This document shows, piece after piece, positions 14,125-16,366 of a stretch of DNA of 16,366 bases. The stretch comes from Candidatus Bipolaricaulia bacterium (GTDB lineage Bacteria > Bipolaricaulota > Bipolaricaulia > RBG-16-55-9). The first letter of the stretch is position 1, and each line of letters starts with the position of its first letter. Below the pieces are notes generated by a model that was not told where the DNA came from, searched no databases, and saw only the letters and a list, made by a program, of their open reading frames with translations. The DNA lies in the NCBI GenBank assembly GCA_042219045.1, contig JBDGQO010000066.1:1-16366 (forward strand), written 5' to 3'. The position numbers were made by a program, and so were the translations under genes.

Positions 14125-15270
14125 TCAACGCGGCAGGCAGACCTGGCCATCGGGCAGATAGTGGAACGGATGGATGCCCGGATTGCCTTGGCCGTCCAGC
14201 TGCCCGGAAGCGTTGTTGGCGCCGATCGCGTTGCGACCCGTGAACTCGAGTTGGCCGTCGAGCGCTTCAGCTTGGGTCAACGGATTGTTCAGACAGGGCT
14301 GAGCAAAAGCCACGAGGCCCCAGCCCAAGTTCCGGCGCACCTGACTGCCCTCCATGTGGAGATCGGCGGCCTTTCCGACCACGATGCCGTGGCGGTTTCC
14401 GTCGATCCGGCTGTTCACGATCTCGGCCGACGCCGACGTCACGGCACGAAATTCGGGCAGACTGGGCACGCCGACCGCCACGCCGGCGTTGCGCAACGCG
14501 CGTGCGTTTGCGTCGGGCTGAGCCGCTCCGTTGTTGAGCACGGCCGAGTCGACCAAGCGGAGGTGGCTGCGGTTGCCGAGCTTGATGCCGATGCCCTGTC
14601 GAGACGCCCCCAGGCCGCTGTTGCGGATGGTCGTCCGACGCACGTCGGCCTGAACACCGTTGTTGAGCCGAATTCCCCCAACTCCGGTCTTCCGGATGAC
14701 GGCCTCGGCCACCTCGAGGCGGGCCTGACGCCGGGCGACGATTCCGACGCCGACGTTCTCTATGCTGGTTCGCTCAACGCGAGCGCTCACGTCCGGGCCA
14801 ACGACCCATAAGCCCGCATTGGTCCGCTTAATGTGAACGTCCTCCACTATCAGGCGGGCCGACTGTGTCAGCGAGGAGCCGAAGACGTGGATCCCGCGGA
14901 TCGATCCCGTGTCCTGCGATCCGAGCAGTTCGAGATGCTGGAGCCGAATCACGCGAAGCTCGCGCGTCGAGCCGCTGACTTCGACGATTCCCTTGAGGTC
15001 TGCTTCCTCGCGGCCGCGGAGCGTGCTCCGCTCGTCGCCGATCCCGCGCAGCGTCACCGATCTCGTGATCTTAAGGTTCTCTTTCCACGTGCCGGCCTTG
15101 AGACAGATCACGTCGCCGCGACGCGCGTCATCAATGGCGTTTTGGATCGATTGCTCCGGCGACAGGGTCTGCGTACAGGACGGCGCCTGGGCATGCCCCG
15201 TCGACCCGATGGGTCCGACGCCACTGAAGAGAACGCCAAACAGGGCCATTGTCGTTAGCACGCGATACAT
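14125..15270 (-). CDS. exported right-handed parallel beta-helix repeat protein (paralog 2)
   Basis: Signal-peptide-like N-terminus; SIQNAIDDARRGDVICLKAGTWKENLKI; same C-terminus as paralog 1; SD GGAGGTG. Confidence 0.85.
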   Translation of the reverse strand: MYRVLTTMALFGVLFSGVGPIGSTGHAQAPSCTQTLSPEQSIQNAIDDARRGDVICLKAGTWKENLKITRSVTLRGIGDERSTLRGREEADLKGIVEVSGSTRELRVIRLQHLELLGSQDTGSIRGIHVFGSSLTQSARLIVEDVHIKRTNAGLWVVGPDVSARVERTSIENVGVGIVARRQARLEVAEAVIRKTGVGGIRLNNGVQADVRRTTIRNSGLGASRQGIGIKLGNRSHLRLVDSAVLNNGAAQPDANARALRNAGVAVGVPSLPEFRAVTSASAEIVNSRIDGNRHGIVVGKAADLHMEGSQVRRNLGWGLVAFAQPCLNNPLTQAEALDGQLEFTGRNAIGANNASGQLDGQGNPGIHPFHYLPDGQVCLPR

Positions 15271-15507
15271 CGGCTCACCTCCAGGTCGAGCTTAACATAT
15301 TGGTCTGATTTTCAAACAGATGACAAGCAAGGCCCCGATTCAGGGTTCGTCTTTTGCCAACAGAGGGCCTCCTTTTATCACGAGGGGTGATGCGCTCAAT
15401 GCTTTATCGACGGCGATTGCCTGTCCCGATTCGCGTTTCTAGCATCCGAGCGACGCCAAACGTAAGGGGTTGACGGGCACCGAGTCCGATCTGGTGATGA
15501 GTTCACG

Positions 15508-16366
15508 ATGCGGGTTCTGATCGCTCCAGCGCCGTTCAAGGGCAGCCTTTCATCGATTGCCGCCGCCGACGCGATCGCCCGGGGCTTGCGCGCGGGCTGG
15601 CCCGACGCCGAGCTGTCGACGACGCCCCTGGCCGACGGCGGCGAGGGGACGCTTCACGTTCTGCACAGCGCCCGAGACGGGACGTTGGAACGCGTCACGG
15701 TGACCGATCCGTTCGGTCGGGCCATCGAGGCTCAGCTCGGCTGGCTTCCGGGCGCCATCGCCGTCGTCGAAATGGCCCAAGCTGCCGGTCTGGCGTTGAT
15801 GACCGACGAGGAGCGCGATCCGATGCGCGCGTCGACGCACGGCGTGGGAGAGTCAATTCGGAAGGCCCTCGACGGCGGCGCTCGCGAGATCTGGATCGGC
15901 CTCGGCGGCAGCGCCACCGTGGATGGCGGGCTCGGCATGCTCCAGGCCTTGGGGGCACAATTGCTGGATGACGCTGGACGTCCCGTCTCCGGGGGCGGTC
16001 AAGGCCTTCGGGACCTCGCCTCGGTGGACCTCTCGACGTTGGATGCGCGCCTGTCTCGAACGCCGCTGAAAGCGCTCTGCGACGTGGACAGCCCCTTGCT
16101 CGGGCCGCAGGGCGCCCAACTCTACATGCTCCAAAAGGGGGCGACGACCGAGCAGTGCGAGGAACTGGCAAGCGGCCTAGCGCGCTTTGCGGATCTCGTT
16201 GAGCGCGATCTTGCGGGCGACGTTCGGGACGTTGCGGGCGCGGGCGCCGCCGGCGGATTGGGGGCGGCGCTGACGCTGCTCGGCGCGGACCTCGTCAGCG
16301 GAAGTCGGTTCGTCATGGATGCGCTCGACCTCGATCGCAAGCTGGCGTCATGTGATCTGGTCATCA
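15508..16366 (+). CDS. glxK: glycerate kinase (GlxK/GarK family), 3'-truncated by window edge
   Basis: Not in the ORF track because there is no stop in the window. Manual translation: MRVLIAPAPFKGSL...PLADGGEGT...VVEMAQAAGL...ASTHGVGE...IGLGGSATVDGGLGMLQALG...CDVDSPLLGPQGA...QKGA...GAGAAGGLG. Confidence 0.93.
   Translation, partial: MRVLIAPAPFKGSLSSIAAADAIARGLRAGWPDAELSTTPLADGGEGTLHVLHSARDGTLERVTVTDPFGRAIEAQLGWLPGAIAVVEMAQAAGLALMTDEERDPMRASTHGVGESIRKALDGGAREIWIGLGGSATVDGGLGMLQALGAQLLDDAGRPVSGGGQGLRDLASVDLSTLDARLSRTPLKALCDVDSPLLGPQGAQLYMLQKGATTEQCEELASGLARFADLVERDLAGDVRDVAGAGAAGGLGAALTLLGADLVSGSRFVMDALDLDRKLASCDLVI

Noticed and set aside
1..16366. CRISPR array, tRNA/rRNA, IS or integrase
   Set aside because: No regularly spaced repeats, cloverleafs, or transposase/recombinase motifs were seen.

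Overview
High-GC bacterial window with sigma70-type promoters, AGGAGG Shine-Dalgarno (SD) sites and acidic cytoplasmic proteins that suggest a halophile. Positions 1-11,723 form a tetrahydrofolate (THF)-linked methyl-oxidation cluster: the 5' end of a probable GcvT/DmdA-like demethylase (-), a GntR/FCD regulator, a dimethylglycine oxidase/dehydrogenase-type flavoprotein, etfB-etfA, a convergent metF - FdhF/YdeP molybdoenzyme - pabB unit, and a divergent fhs followed by bioY. The most plausible role is catabolism of glycine betaine/dimethylglycine with oxidation of the methyl groups to formate/CO2. The right-hand part has two paralogous exported beta-helix proteins with an identical 15-aa C-terminus flanking a small membrane protein, then a glycerate kinase running off the end. 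The most notable unexplained signals are three long, heavily base-paired leaders, especially a ~280-nt leader before the demethylase-like gene. I could not assign any of them to a riboswitch class by eye. No CRISPR array, tRNA, rRNA or mobile element was seen.
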